This document shows positions 7,911-16,961 of a stretch of 64,000 nt of DNA, one piece after another (position 1 is the stretch's first letter; every line of letters starts with the position of its first letter). The DNA is from Bacteroidales bacterium. Lineage in GTDB: Bacteria; Bacteroidota; Bacteroidia; Bacteroidales; PUMT01. Under the pieces are notes generated by a model that did no database searches, had not been told where the DNA came from, and worked only from the letters and a program-made list of their open reading frames with translations. Where the stretch lies: NCBI GenBank assembly GCA_007133565.1, contig SLMM01000125.1, positions 6,716 to 70,715 on the forward strand, given 5' to 3'. A program made the translations under genes and the position numbers.

Positions 7911-9641
7911 ATGCCCCTGAGCGGGGCGATTGGAAATGGCGAAAACATGTTCATCATGGCTTACGCATACAGGCATGGGCGGATAAATGCAGGAAGCAGT
8001 CTGGTTTCTCCTGCGGTCCGGATATTTATAGTTATTGTACTATGCCTTTTTGTTTCCGGTAAATACCTTAATGCCCTGGGTGATGAGATTCCGTCACCAG
8101 GTATATATTCTGCGCCGTCGGAAATTGACACGGCTGGCACCAGAGATGACATTGCCCCTGTTTTTGATACGATCGTGTCACTACCGAGGCAATATTCCAA
8201 CATCTATTCAATTCTTAACCAGATAAGTGGTCAGACAGGTTATTTCTTTGCATATGATACTGATATTGTAAATTCTGACCGGAGGGTGCGGATAAGGGCA
8301 GGCACGCGGACTGTTGCTTCATGGCTTGAGGAGGTGCTTGATGATCCGGGCCTTTCATACAGGGTTATTGAAAACCATATCCTGATATATCGTCAGGAAC
8401 TTGTGAAGGAACAGACGGCCGGCCATACAGATGCAGAAAGTACTGAATCCGGTGTAATAATCGTAAGGGGAAGGGTGCTGGATGAAGATTCCAGGGAGCC
8501 ATTACCTTACGCTACAGTTGGGATCAAGGGTGAATCAATAGGGATAATATCGAATTCTGACGGGTTTTTCAGCCTGCGGGTCCCTGCAGGTAATGACGAC
8601 AAACATATAGCAGTATCTCATATTGGTTACAAGACCCAGGCGCTGCCGGTCAGTATCTTCAGCTATGACCGCGTAGATATACTGATGGAAACCGAGTATA
8701 TATCGATTCCGGAGGTGATGATACGCTATTTTGACCCCCTGGGAACATTAGTGTCGGCTATCTCCAGAATTGATGATAATTACAGCAGCGACCCGGTATA
8801 TATGCTTAATTTTTATCGTGAGGGTGTCATGAGGGGCAATCGGTTCATTAACTATTCAGAGGCCTTCTTCCAGGTGTACAAGTCTTCCCATGTCAGAAAG
8901 TTTGAGCCTGACCAGGTCAGGCTCTTCCAGTCCCGTACCATCAGTAATACTGACCGCACCGATACTTTGATACTGAAGATACGGGCGGGGATACGCAGTT
9001 CTCTTGAACTTGATTTTATAAAGAATGTTCCCGATTTTCTGAATCCCGAGTTCCTGCATGAATATGAATATACAAGGGCCGATATCGTCTCTTATGACGG
9101 CAACATGGCTTATGCAGTTGCCTTTGAGCAGAAAGACCATATAACTGATCCGCTTTTTAAGGGTGTGCTATATATTGATATGGAGAGCCTGGCATTTCTC
9201 GGTGCGGATTTTGAAGTAAATCCCAAACATATCAGTAAGGCTCATTACCGGTTTATAACAAGAAAGAACAGGGATTACAGGGCTACCATAGACAAGGCTG
9301 CCTATACGGTCAGTTACAGGTATTATAACGGACATTATTATCTCAACCATGTAAGGGCTGACCTTCATCTGCGTTACAGGAGAAGGTTCAGTATATTCAG
9401 CAGTAACTACCATGTCTTTGTTGAAATGGCCAACAGCAGGATCGATACCGAGAATGTTGAGAGGTTCAGCAGGAGGGATGTGCTGAGGACTGACAGGGTA
9501 TTTATGGATGGAGGGCATGCATATGATCGTGATTTCTGGGAAGGGTACACTATCGTCCCGCCCGAGAGACATATTACCGAAGCGCTGACAAGAATTGAAT
9601 CGCAGATTGAAAGGGTTGTTGCCGGACAGAATGATAAATAA
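7911..9641 (+). CDS. STN-domain + CarboxypepD_reg-domain protein lacking a TonB-dependent plug/barrel; C-terminal domain paralogous to 5150-6391
   Basis: Signal/anchor segment VRIFIVIVLCLFVSG. STN-like block LPRQYSNIYSILNQISGQTGYFFAYD...LSYRVIENHILIY. CarboxypepD_reg block VRGRVLDEDSREPLPYATVGIKGESIGIISNSDGFFSLRV. About 370 aa remain, and they are similar to 5150-6391. The start is uncertain (TTG 7902, ATG 7911 or ATG 7947). Confidence 0.65.
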   Translation: MPLSGAIGNGENMFIMAYAYRHGRINAGSSLVSPAVRIFIVIVLCLFVSGKYLNALGDEIPSPGIYSAPSEIDTAGTRDDIAPVFDTIVSLPRQYSNIYSILNQISGQTGYFFAYDTDIVNSDRRVRIRAGTRTVASWLEEVLDDPGLSYRVIENHILIYRQELVKEQTAGHTDAESTESGVIIVRGRVLDEDSREPLPYATVGIKGESIGIISNSDGFFSLRVPAGNDDKHIAVSHIGYKTQALPVSIFSYDRVDILMETEYISIPEVMIRYFDPLGTLVSAISRIDDNYSSDPVYMLNFYREGVMRGNRFINYSEAFFQVYKSSHVRKFEPDQVRLFQSRTISNTDRTDTLILKIRAGIRSSLELDFIKNVPDFLNPEFLHEYEYTRADIVSYDGNMAYAVAFEQKDHITDPLFKGVLYIDMESLAFLGADFEVNPKHISKAHYRFITRKNRDYRATIDKAAYTVSYRYYNGHYYLNHVRADLHLRYRRRFSIFSSNYHVFVEMANSRIDTENVERFSRRDVLRTDRVFMDGGHAYDRDFWEGYTIVPPERHITEALTRIESQIERVVAGQNDK

Positions 9642-9653
9642 CAATCCCGCCGG

Positions 9654-10982
9654 TCATACAGCATTATTTTCAAGCCCGAGCACCCTCATTATAGCACCAG
9701 CCTTCAGTTTACATTCATTGAATTCCTTTTCAGGGTCGGAAAGGCAGGTAATGGCCCCGCCAACCATGAATGAAAGTGCCGACTTTTTGATGTTGTACTG
9801 AATACTCCGTATTACAACGTTAAAGTCGAAATCCATGCCGGGAGTAATATAGCCGACTGCCCCGGAGTATAATCCGCGCTTGCTGCGTTCATATTGTTCG
9901 ATTATCTCCATTGAGCGTATTTTGGGTGCGCCGGTCATTGACCCCATCGGAAAGAGTGCTTTAATGACGGCCGATAAGCAGGTTGAAGGCGCCAGCCTGG
10001 CCGATATGGTCGACTGCATCTGAAATACCCCGGGGAATGGATATACGGAACACAATTCATCAACCTGAACGGTACCCCTGTCTGCTATAACCGACAGATC
10101 GTTCCTGACAAGGTCTGTTATCATAATATTTTCAGACCGCTCTTTGGGATCAGCTTCAAGGGCTTCCATCAGCAGATTGTCCTCTTCGGGGTCTTGCCCT
10201 CTGGGAGCTGTTCCCTTAATTGGCTGAGATACGATTTCCCGCCCAGTTTTTTTCAGAAACCGCTCAGGGCTGGCGCACATAAGGTATTTATCATCAAGTT
10301 TGTAATAGCATGAGAAGGGTGTGGGAGATTCTTCCAGTAGTTTAATCCAGGTGACAGCCGGGTCAATGGATGCATTGTCAGAGTAGAACTCCTGGCAGAA
10401 ATTGACTTCGTAAATATCGCCTCTTCTGATATGTGACAAAATACTGTGTACAGCTTCCAGGTACTTATCTTTCCGGAATGCTTCCTTAACGAACCCGGGA
10501 TCACCGGGAGAAGTTTCAGGGAGTGCCGACGATTCTATCATATTTACAAGCTCTCCAACCTCCTCTGCGTTGCTGACCTCTTCCAGCCAGCCTACCTCCA
10601 GGTTGTTGCCCTCTATAATGAAAATATACTCAGGCACAAAAAAAGTGGCTGACGGGAAACCGATCCTGTCATGATGACGGGAAAAAAGCTTTTCTGTTTC
10701 GTTCTTCAAGTCGTAGCTCAAATGGCCAAAAAGCCAGTCACCGGCATTACCGGCAAATTCATCAATTGCTTCGAGTACATTGCCTTCCGGGGGACTGAAA
10801 CGTTTTACTGAACCGGCAGCAGCTATGTAATCATAGCTGTAATGGCTGTGTTCAGATTGAAAGCGGTTCCCGTAACCATTAGATTCAAGAATGCATATTT
10901 CATTGAAACGTCGGCACCACTCAAGCAGTTTCTTGCGGAATCCGTCTCCGCTTCCTATCCTGAAACTGGTAAATATTCGCAT
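9654..10982 (-). CDS. pabB: Aminodeoxychorismate synthase component I (chorismate-binding enzyme family)
   Basis: C-terminal chorismate-binding motifs are present: PMGSMTGAPK, RGLYSGAVGY and FNVVIRS. At 442 aa the size fits the PabB type rather than TrpE. The PabB versus TrpE assignment is by size and pattern only. Confidence 0.75.
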   Translation of the reverse strand: MRIFTSFRIGSGDGFRKKLLEWCRRFNEICILESNGYGNRFQSEHSHYSYDYIAAAGSVKRFSPPEGNVLEAIDEFAGNAGDWLFGHLSYDLKNETEKLFSRHHDRIGFPSATFFVPEYIFIIEGNNLEVGWLEEVSNAEEVGELVNMIESSALPETSPGDPGFVKEAFRKDKYLEAVHSILSHIRRGDIYEVNFCQEFYSDNASIDPAVTWIKLLEESPTPFSCYYKLDDKYLMCASPERFLKKTGREIVSQPIKGTAPRGQDPEEDNLLMEALEADPKERSENIMITDLVRNDLSVIADRGTVQVDELCSVYPFPGVFQMQSTISARLAPSTCLSAVIKALFPMGSMTGAPKIRSMEIIEQYERSKRGLYSGAVGYITPGMDFDFNVVIRSIQYNIKKSALSFMVGGAITCLSDPEKEFNECKLKAGAIMRVLGLENNAV

Positions 10983-11038
10983 CAGGCAAAAATAATCAAT
11001 GAATTTTTAATATATCTTACCCGGGTAAGAGTGACAGT

Positions 11039-13000
11039 TCACCGGTAAGGGAGTATGTCCGGGGCAGACACCGTGAACCTGTCAAACAAACCGGACTTCT
11101 CGCTTATTATGTAAAACAGCCTGGTACGTGCATGTTCCGGGATTCTCGGGAAATATGCTATCCTGAACTGAAGGGTGGGGAGTACAAGGTGCTCATTGCG
11201 CACCCTCAGGCCTATTCCGAATCCGCTGTAAAAATCATCGGGCAGGAAAAGTTTTTCGCCATTGCCTATCCAGCCAAGATCTGCCATTCCGTAGATTGCA
11301 TACCTGAATCCGTACCAGCTTTTTCTGGCATAGAACATTGTTTCTGACTGAATGGTAAACCTTGAAGTCCCCGAAAGCTCATCGCTTCTCATTCCACGGA
11401 TTCCCCGTCTGTTGCTTATACTGATTGCTTCATCATCAAACCTTCTTATGCCCAGAGTGTAGTCAATAGAGAGGAATTGTCTCAACAGGAACCTGTTCAT
11501 GTGAAGGATGCCGGAAAACCCCGAGCTGTTCAGCCTGATAACGCCCTGCTCACGGACGTTGTTGTTAAAGAAGGTTCCTGCCGATACACTTGTGCTCAGG
11601 TAGCCTGTTCCTTCAATAAAGTTACTGTGTGATATGGCAAAACCGGCATAAAATCTTTGGTAGAACTGATTGTCCTCATAGCCTCCCGTCACTTCAAGCA
11701 CCGAACCAACCGGGATATCTTCAGTGGGGCCGAATTCGTATATATAGTTGCTTTTCAGGTAAGCCGAACGTGTCAGTATCAGGCTGGCCAGGTAAAGGTT
11801 CCGGTTATGGTAACTGTGTCTTGCCCTGCCATGTACCTGTGGCCTGTCAAAAAAAAGGTGCCTGTTGAACCTGGTGGTTATGTAAATATTTCTCCTGGTT
11901 GGCCTTCCTCTGCTGTCTAAAAGAAACGAACGTCCCAGCCAATAGTCATATTCATGAAAGTTAAGACTTTGGTTCAGGAATATGGTATCGGGAAATTGAA
12001 AGTCATCCAGCAGCGACGCTGATAAAAACTCAGCACCCCCGGCGTATTTCATTGAAGGAGTAATAAAATTCCTGCCTGTTTTTATGTGAAACGACCTGTT
12101 GTCAAAGGCATCTGTATAGTTTAACCTTGTATTTATGAATGATCCGCCTGCATTTTGAATTGAAACGGTAGTTCCGAAACCTATATGCTTATCCTCTGAT
12201 CCGTCAAGAAGAATCCTACCCTGCATTTCCTGTCCCCTGCCCAGGATATTTCTGTCATAAATGTCAATATGACCTTTGTCAATATCGCTCATATCCACAT
12301 CAAATCCTCGAGACCACCTGTCTTTGGTTACAACTACCAGATCTGCATATTCCGGATCGAGCTTATTTTCAAAAACAAATATCTGTGCATCTTCCAGGTA
12401 TGGCAGTTTCCTTAAAATACGTTCATTCTCTGCAAGTATGAACGGATCAATCCTGTCACCCGGGGTTACCAGCATATTATTTCGTATGACCCGGGGATTT
12501 GTATTGAAATGGAAAAATCCGGCCACCTGTCCCATTCCTCCTGATGAATGCCCCTGAGAATCAAATCCTCCTGCAAAAAGTCCGCCCTGGGTATAGTGTA
12601 TATCTCTGATGATCTTTCCTTCCCAGGGGATAAAATCCTTTACACCCTGCCGCGGCTCTTCTTCCGGCGCCCCGGCAGAAGCAGTGCTTTTTATCACTAT
12701 ACTTTGAAGCCAGTTTGTGAGGCGCCATCTTTGTGCTATTTTGCTGAGGTTTGCATAAAACTGTTCTTCCCCGGCATTGACGAAATTGCCGGAATGGTAT
12801 CCGTTGTAGTTCAGGTTACCTGTAATGCCGGTCATGCGCCGCTCTCCGGGCACCGGCAGGGAGTAGGCTCCGGAGCCGGGCCGGGGAGAGATCAGCCGCA
12901 GAGACAGGCTGTCGCCGGCAGCCGGAAGCTCCTGATATGCTGCTATCGGCAAAACATCTATCATGAGAAAAAATGAGGCTATTGCTGCAACTCTTTTCAC
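11039..13000 (-). CDS. Omp85-superfamily (BamA/TamA-like) outer-membrane protein with one POTRA-like segment
   Basis: Signal peptide MKRVAAIASFFLMIDVLPIAAYQ. POTRA-like block VTPGDRIDPFILAENERILRKLPYLEDAQIFVFENKLDPEYADLVVVTKDRWS. The rest is beta-strand-rich, with the terminal motif GFGIGLRVRNEHLVLPTLQFRIAYFP. Confidence 0.5.
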   Translation of the reverse strand: MKRVAAIASFFLMIDVLPIAAYQELPAAGDSLSLRLISPRPGSGAYSLPVPGERRMTGITGNLNYNGYHSGNFVNAGEEQFYANLSKIAQRWRLTNWLQSIVIKSTASAGAPEEEPRQGVKDFIPWEGKIIRDIHYTQGGLFAGGFDSQGHSSGGMGQVAGFFHFNTNPRVIRNNMLVTPGDRIDPFILAENERILRKLPYLEDAQIFVFENKLDPEYADLVVVTKDRWSRGFDVDMSDIDKGHIDIYDRNILGRGQEMQGRILLDGSEDKHIGFGTTVSIQNAGGSFINTRLNYTDAFDNRSFHIKTGRNFITPSMKYAGGAEFLSASLLDDFQFPDTIFLNQSLNFHEYDYWLGRSFLLDSRGRPTRRNIYITTRFNRHLFFDRPQVHGRARHSYHNRNLYLASLILTRSAYLKSNYIYEFGPTEDIPVGSVLEVTGGYEDNQFYQRFYAGFAISHSNFIEGTGYLSTSVSAGTFFNNNVREQGVIRLNSSGFSGILHMNRFLLRQFLSIDYTLGIRRFDDEAISISNRRGIRGMRSDELSGTSRFTIQSETMFYARKSWYGFRYAIYGMADLGWIGNGEKLFLPDDFYSGFGIGLRVRNEHLVLPTLQFRIAYFPRIPEHARTRLFYIISEKSGLFDRFTVSAPDILPYR

Positions 13001-13378
13001 AATTATGTAAACCCGGGAGACTTTGGTTAAATTATGTTAATTTAAGGAAATAATAATTAATCAGGTTTTAAAATCAGTTTTTACAAATTTAACTATTTAT
13101 ACTGTTGATTACTCTGCCTTTGCCTCAATATTTGGCATCAGTCAGTATTAATATTAACATGTATTCAATATTCTAAAAATGAATACTTAACAGATCATTA
13201 ATGAAATTTGTAGCACCATAAAACTTTAATTCAGTTCTCAGTATCCTGGTTTTGGTCTGCTGAAAAAAAAGCTGTCTGCAATACGTGTTATACTATTTTT
13301 TTTACCTTTACCTGTTGATTTTTTTTGTTTGATTATTATCAGTAATAACTATTTTTAAACTTAATTTTATATTCCATT

Positions 13379-14338
13379 ATGAAAGAGTATGTTATAGGTA
13401 TTGACATCGGGGGCACATTTACCAAGAGCGGTTTTGTTGACCGCGATGGAAATTGCTATGCCGAATCTGTTTCGCCTACCGACACATTTGACAATGTCGA
13501 AGATTATCTTGAAAACCTTGTGAAGGAGCTTAAAAATGCCGAAAAGCAGATTGAGGAGCCTTATAAGATAGTTGGTGTTGGTATCGGCGCCCCAAACGGT
13601 AATTATCACAATGGCACCATTGAAAACGCCACCAACCTCAAATGGAGGGGGGTTATACCGTTGGCAGAACTTGTTAACAAGCATTACAATCTTCCGGTTA
13701 AGCTCACCAATGATGCCAATGCCGCCGCTCTTGGTGAAATGGTGTATGGAGGGGCAGAAGGCATGAAGGATTTTATAATGATCACACTTGGGACCGGTCT
13801 CGGCAGCGGTATTGTTGTAAACGGCGACCTGGTGTACGGTCATGATGGTTTTGCCGGTGAACTCGGACATGTCAATGTTGTTGAGAACGGCCGCAAGTGC
13901 GGCTGCGGGAACCTTGGCTGCCTTGAAACCTATGTGTCAGCCCCCGGTATCAAGCGTACCGTTTTTGAGCTGTTGGCTTCTGACAGTAATGGAAGTGATC
14001 TTGTTAATTACAGCTTCAGTGAGCTTGATTCTGAAATGATATATAATGCCGCAGTAAAAAATGATCCTGTTGCACTTAAGGCATTTGACATAACCGGCAA
14101 GATTCTCGGAAAGAAGCTTGCCGATTCGGTTGCCCATACCAGTCCGGAGGCTGTGTTTCTTTTCGGCGGCCTTTCCAAATCGGGTGATTATATCTTTAAA
14201 CCCACTAAGAAGTACATGGAAGAAAGTGTTATGGGGACATTCAAGAACAAGGTGAAAATTCTTCCCTCTCAGCTGACAGACAAAAATGCTGCAGTTATGG
14301 GAGCAAGTGCACTGATATGGAAGGAACTTGACAAATAA
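13379..14338 (+). CDS. ROK-family glucokinase
   Basis: ATP-binding motif GIDIGGTFTK, the ROK signature with the zinc cysteine cluster CGCGNLGCLETY, and GELGH. Confidence 0.85.
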   Translation: MKEYVIGIDIGGTFTKSGFVDRDGNCYAESVSPTDTFDNVEDYLENLVKELKNAEKQIEEPYKIVGVGIGAPNGNYHNGTIENATNLKWRGVIPLAELVNKHYNLPVKLTNDANAAALGEMVYGGAEGMKDFIMITLGTGLGSGIVVNGDLVYGHDGFAGELGHVNVVENGRKCGCGNLGCLETYVSAPGIKRTVFELLASDSNGSDLVNYSFSELDSEMIYNAAVKNDPVALKAFDITGKILGKKLADSVAHTSPEAVFLFGGLSKSGDYIFKPTKKYMEESVMGTFKNKVKILPSQLTDKNAAVMGASALIWKELDK

Positions 14339-14424
14339 GCCGGTAACCCATAATTAATATAATTTACCCGGACCATTCCGGGAAAACCTAAAGCCAACTT
14401 GTTTAATCACTAAAACATTTTACC

Positions 14425-15849
14425 ATGTCAAATCAAAGCAATACACTTAGAGTGGGAATGATCTTCATTTCCATGATCTATTTCATTTTTGGTTTTGTAA
14501 CCACATTTATCATCACCCTGAGTGACCCGGTAATGGAAGCATTCGACCTGAGCTATGCACAGGGTTTTCTGGTTAATTCGGCATTCTTTATTTCGTATGC
14601 CGTTTTTTCGATCCCTTCCGGAAGTGTGGTTAAAAGGATAGGTTATAAGAATTCCATCTTTTTAGGATTGCTTTTGATGGCATTAGCAGGATTTTTATTC
14701 TTCCCTGCAATCAGGACAGAATCTTACCCGTTCTTCCTTGGTGCCATAATGCTGCTTTCGTTAGGTGTAGTTATCCTGCAAACATCGTGTAATCCTTTTG
14801 TTACAAAGCTCGGACCTCCGGAGACAGCATCAGGCCGTCTTAATCTTACCATGGCACTTAACTCAATTGCCACCTGGTTAGCGCCACTGTTAATTGTCGC
14901 CCTGATCCTTCCTGCTGCTGTTCCTGCAGCTGCAGATGCTGTTACAGGTGTAATTGATGCTGCTGTTCCCGAAGGGATCCGGCCGGCTGACCTACTTCCC
15001 CCGTTTATAATTATAGCTGTTGTTGTATTGGTTGTAGCAATTGGAATAAAGTTTATCAATCTCCCGGTATTAAGCCAGGAGGGGCTTGGGAATTACGCTA
15101 CAGTTTTCAAGTACAGGCACGTGATCCTGGGTGCGATCGGCATCTTTTGTTATGTTGGAGCTGAGGTTGGAATTGGCACAGCCATTTCTTCATATGTGGT
15201 TCAACCCGGGCTTGGTGGTGGAATAAGCAGGGAACTTGCACTCAAATTTGTCGGTCTGTACTGGGCAGGTGCCATGGTAGGGAGGCTTTTCGGAGCTATA
15301 GCCCTTTCAGATATCAAAAAGCAGAACCTGAAGTTTATTTTTGCCGGAGTGGTGGTGGTTTGGGCATTTGTTGTTGGTTTTATAACCCTCGAGTACAGTC
15401 TGCCCATGTCTCTTACTTTCCTCGGATTTGCAGTTCTTAACTATGTCCTTATGCAGATAGGGAAGGGGCAGGCTAATCTTGTTCTTAGTGTTTTTGCAAT
15501 AATTGCCGTTGTAATGGCAACAACCTCGATGCTGACTTCCGGCAAGGTTGCGCTGTGGTCAATTGTGTCCATCGGGTTGTTCAACTCGGTTATGTTCCCC
15601 AATATATATGCGCTTGCAGTTAAAGGGCTTGACAAGAGCGAGGTCAGTCTTGCAACCGGAATTATCAACACATTTATTGTTGGCGGTGCAGTTATCCCAC
15701 TGCTGATGGGCGTGGTTGGTGATGCATTTAATATTCAGTACTCATTTATTGTCCCGGTGATATGTTACCTGTATATTCTGTTCTTTGCTCTGGTTGGAAG
15801 CAAACTCAAACCGGTCGGAGAAACTCCCGCACCGGGCCCGGTTTCCTGA
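14425..15849 (+). CDS. MFS sugar transporter, glucose/galactose (GluP/FucP) type
   Basis: Polytopic 12-TM-like protein with a typical FucP/GluP N-terminus (FISMIYFIFGFVTTFIITLSDPVMEAFDLSYAQGFLVNSAFFISYAVFSIPSG). It lies adjacent to the glucokinase gene. Confidence 0.8.
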   Translation: MSNQSNTLRVGMIFISMIYFIFGFVTTFIITLSDPVMEAFDLSYAQGFLVNSAFFISYAVFSIPSGSVVKRIGYKNSIFLGLLLMALAGFLFFPAIRTESYPFFLGAIMLLSLGVVILQTSCNPFVTKLGPPETASGRLNLTMALNSIATWLAPLLIVALILPAAVPAAADAVTGVIDAAVPEGIRPADLLPPFIIIAVVVLVVAIGIKFINLPVLSQEGLGNYATVFKYRHVILGAIGIFCYVGAEVGIGTAISSYVVQPGLGGGISRELALKFVGLYWAGAMVGRLFGAIALSDIKKQNLKFIFAGVVVVWAFVVGFITLEYSLPMSLTFLGFAVLNYVLMQIGKGQANLVLSVFAIIAVVMATTSMLTSGKVALWSIVSIGLFNSVMFPNIYALAVKGLDKSEVSLATGIINTFIVGGAVIPLLMGVVGDAFNIQYSFIVPVICYLYILFFALVGSKLKPVGETPAPGPVS

Positions 15850-15870
15850 TAATATCCGGCACCAAAAAGG

Positions 15871-15902
15871 GAGAATGTCTTTTAAAGGCATTCTCTTTTT
15901 TT
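15871..15902. terminator. Intrinsic terminator hairpin GAGAATG-N11-CATTCTC followed by a T7 tract
   Basis: The 7-bp stem (15871-15877 / 15889-15895) is followed by TTTTTTT, 20 nt after the transporter stop codon. Confidence 0.6.
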
Positions 15903-16011
15903 AATTGCTTTTACCGGATCTTTTCCTGAGAAACCTCATACAAAACATGTAAACGGTAATGATCACAATCATCACAATGAATAACCTGATATAGGGAGTG
16001 ATCTCGTACAT
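15901..16011 (-). CDS. Candidate 36-aa single-TM small protein (unlisted ORF)
   Basis: Translation is MYEITPYIRLFIVMIVIITVYMFCMRFLRKRSGKSN, a hydrophobic helix with a basic tail. The ATG lies 12 nt downstream of the NlpC/P60 stop on the same strand, and the ORF ends at the terminator. I recognise no homology. Confidence 0.25.
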   Translation of the reverse strand: MYEITPYIRLFIVMIVIITVYMFCMRFLRKRSGKSN

Positions 16012-16023
16012 TAAGTATGCCGG

Positions 16024-16818
16024 TTATAATAAGCCTGTCAGATTTTTTATTACCCTGAGCCTGTGTGTGTATTGTTTTAATGAACTGTTGTAGATTCCCT
16101 GATGGTCTATCCTGTCTATCCTTACATACCCTGAGGCATGTATTATCTGCTGATTATTGATAATTACACCCGTATGAATTATCTCGCCTTCCTCATTGTC
16201 AAAATATGCCAGATCACCCGGTTTTGCCTCGTTTATAAAATTAACGGGGGTACCCAGCTCAACCTGTCTGGAGGCGTCCCTGGGAATTTTTACACCAAAT
16301 ATCTTCATAATTACCTGGGTTAGTCCGGAACAATCAATGCCGAAAGCGTTCTTGCCACCCCACAGGTATGGTATATTTAGAAATCTTCGTGCGGCATCAC
16401 TGATTTCTTCCCTTATATTTTCATGAGTATGGAAGTCAGGTTGCTGCCCGCATCGAAAAATAGCCTCTCCGGTAATAAAACTGTTTGATGCAGGTTTGTA
16501 TTCGTAGAGTGAGCTGCCTGCTGGGATCATTAGAGGGTAAACGGCATCCTTTGCATTAACGGGAAGTATCGGGTTTGCAGTGATACTTGCCTCCATGCCA
16601 GTCATCTTAAGGGCATGCTCTTCCGGTACGGAAGTTGTCATATGCCCTGTCAGCCAGCCCTGGTAGCCGTCATCCACTATTTCGACATGATACCATTTTC
16701 CCTGTTTTTCAAGAATCCTGCAATACTCCCCGAACAATAGCTGGGTTATCATCTCATTTTTTTCAGATGGCCCCGATCTCACAGGGACAACTGGAAGCAG
16801 CGAAACTCCGTATTCCAT
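16024..16818 (-). CDS. NlpC/P60 (C40) peptidoglycan endopeptidase with N-terminal SH3-like domain
   Basis: YLWGGKNAFGIDCSGLTQVIMKIFGVKIPRDASRQ contains the catalytic Cys motif, and a downstream His sits in IIHTGVI. The N-terminal segment is bacterial SH3-like (WYHVEIVDDGYQGWL). Confidence 0.85.
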   Translation of the reverse strand: MEYGVSLLPVVPVRSGPSEKNEMITQLLFGEYCRILEKQGKWYHVEIVDDGYQGWLTGHMTTSVPEEHALKMTGMEASITANPILPVNAKDAVYPLMIPAGSSLYEYKPASNSFITGEAIFRCGQQPDFHTHENIREEISDAARRFLNIPYLWGGKNAFGIDCSGLTQVIMKIFGVKIPRDASRQVELGTPVNFINEAKPGDLAYFDNEEGEIIHTGVIINNQQIIHASGYVRIDRIDHQGIYNSSLKQYTHRLRVIKNLTGLL

Positions 16819-16961
16819 TTAATATTATTAAATCTGTTATTTCAAAAGTACATGACATTTTTTAAAAACACTAAATTTTTGCTTCTTCAGTTGTGTAATT
16901 TTATGATACAATAATATAATGTAATTTTGCTTCTTTAAATTAAACCTTTTATTTCAATGTC

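Noticed and set aside
13026-13041. Exact 16-mer GTTAAATTATGTTAAT shared with 55642-55657, both in AT-rich upstream regions of secreted-protein genes; it has a TTAA-N6-TTAA inverted-repeat-like form
   Set aside because: For about 4e9 position pairs (both strands) against 4^16 possible 16-mers, roughly one chance match is expected even in unbiased sequence, and more in AT-rich spacers. The flanks do not extend the match, and the orientation relative to the downstream genes differs. It is not significant without comparative support.
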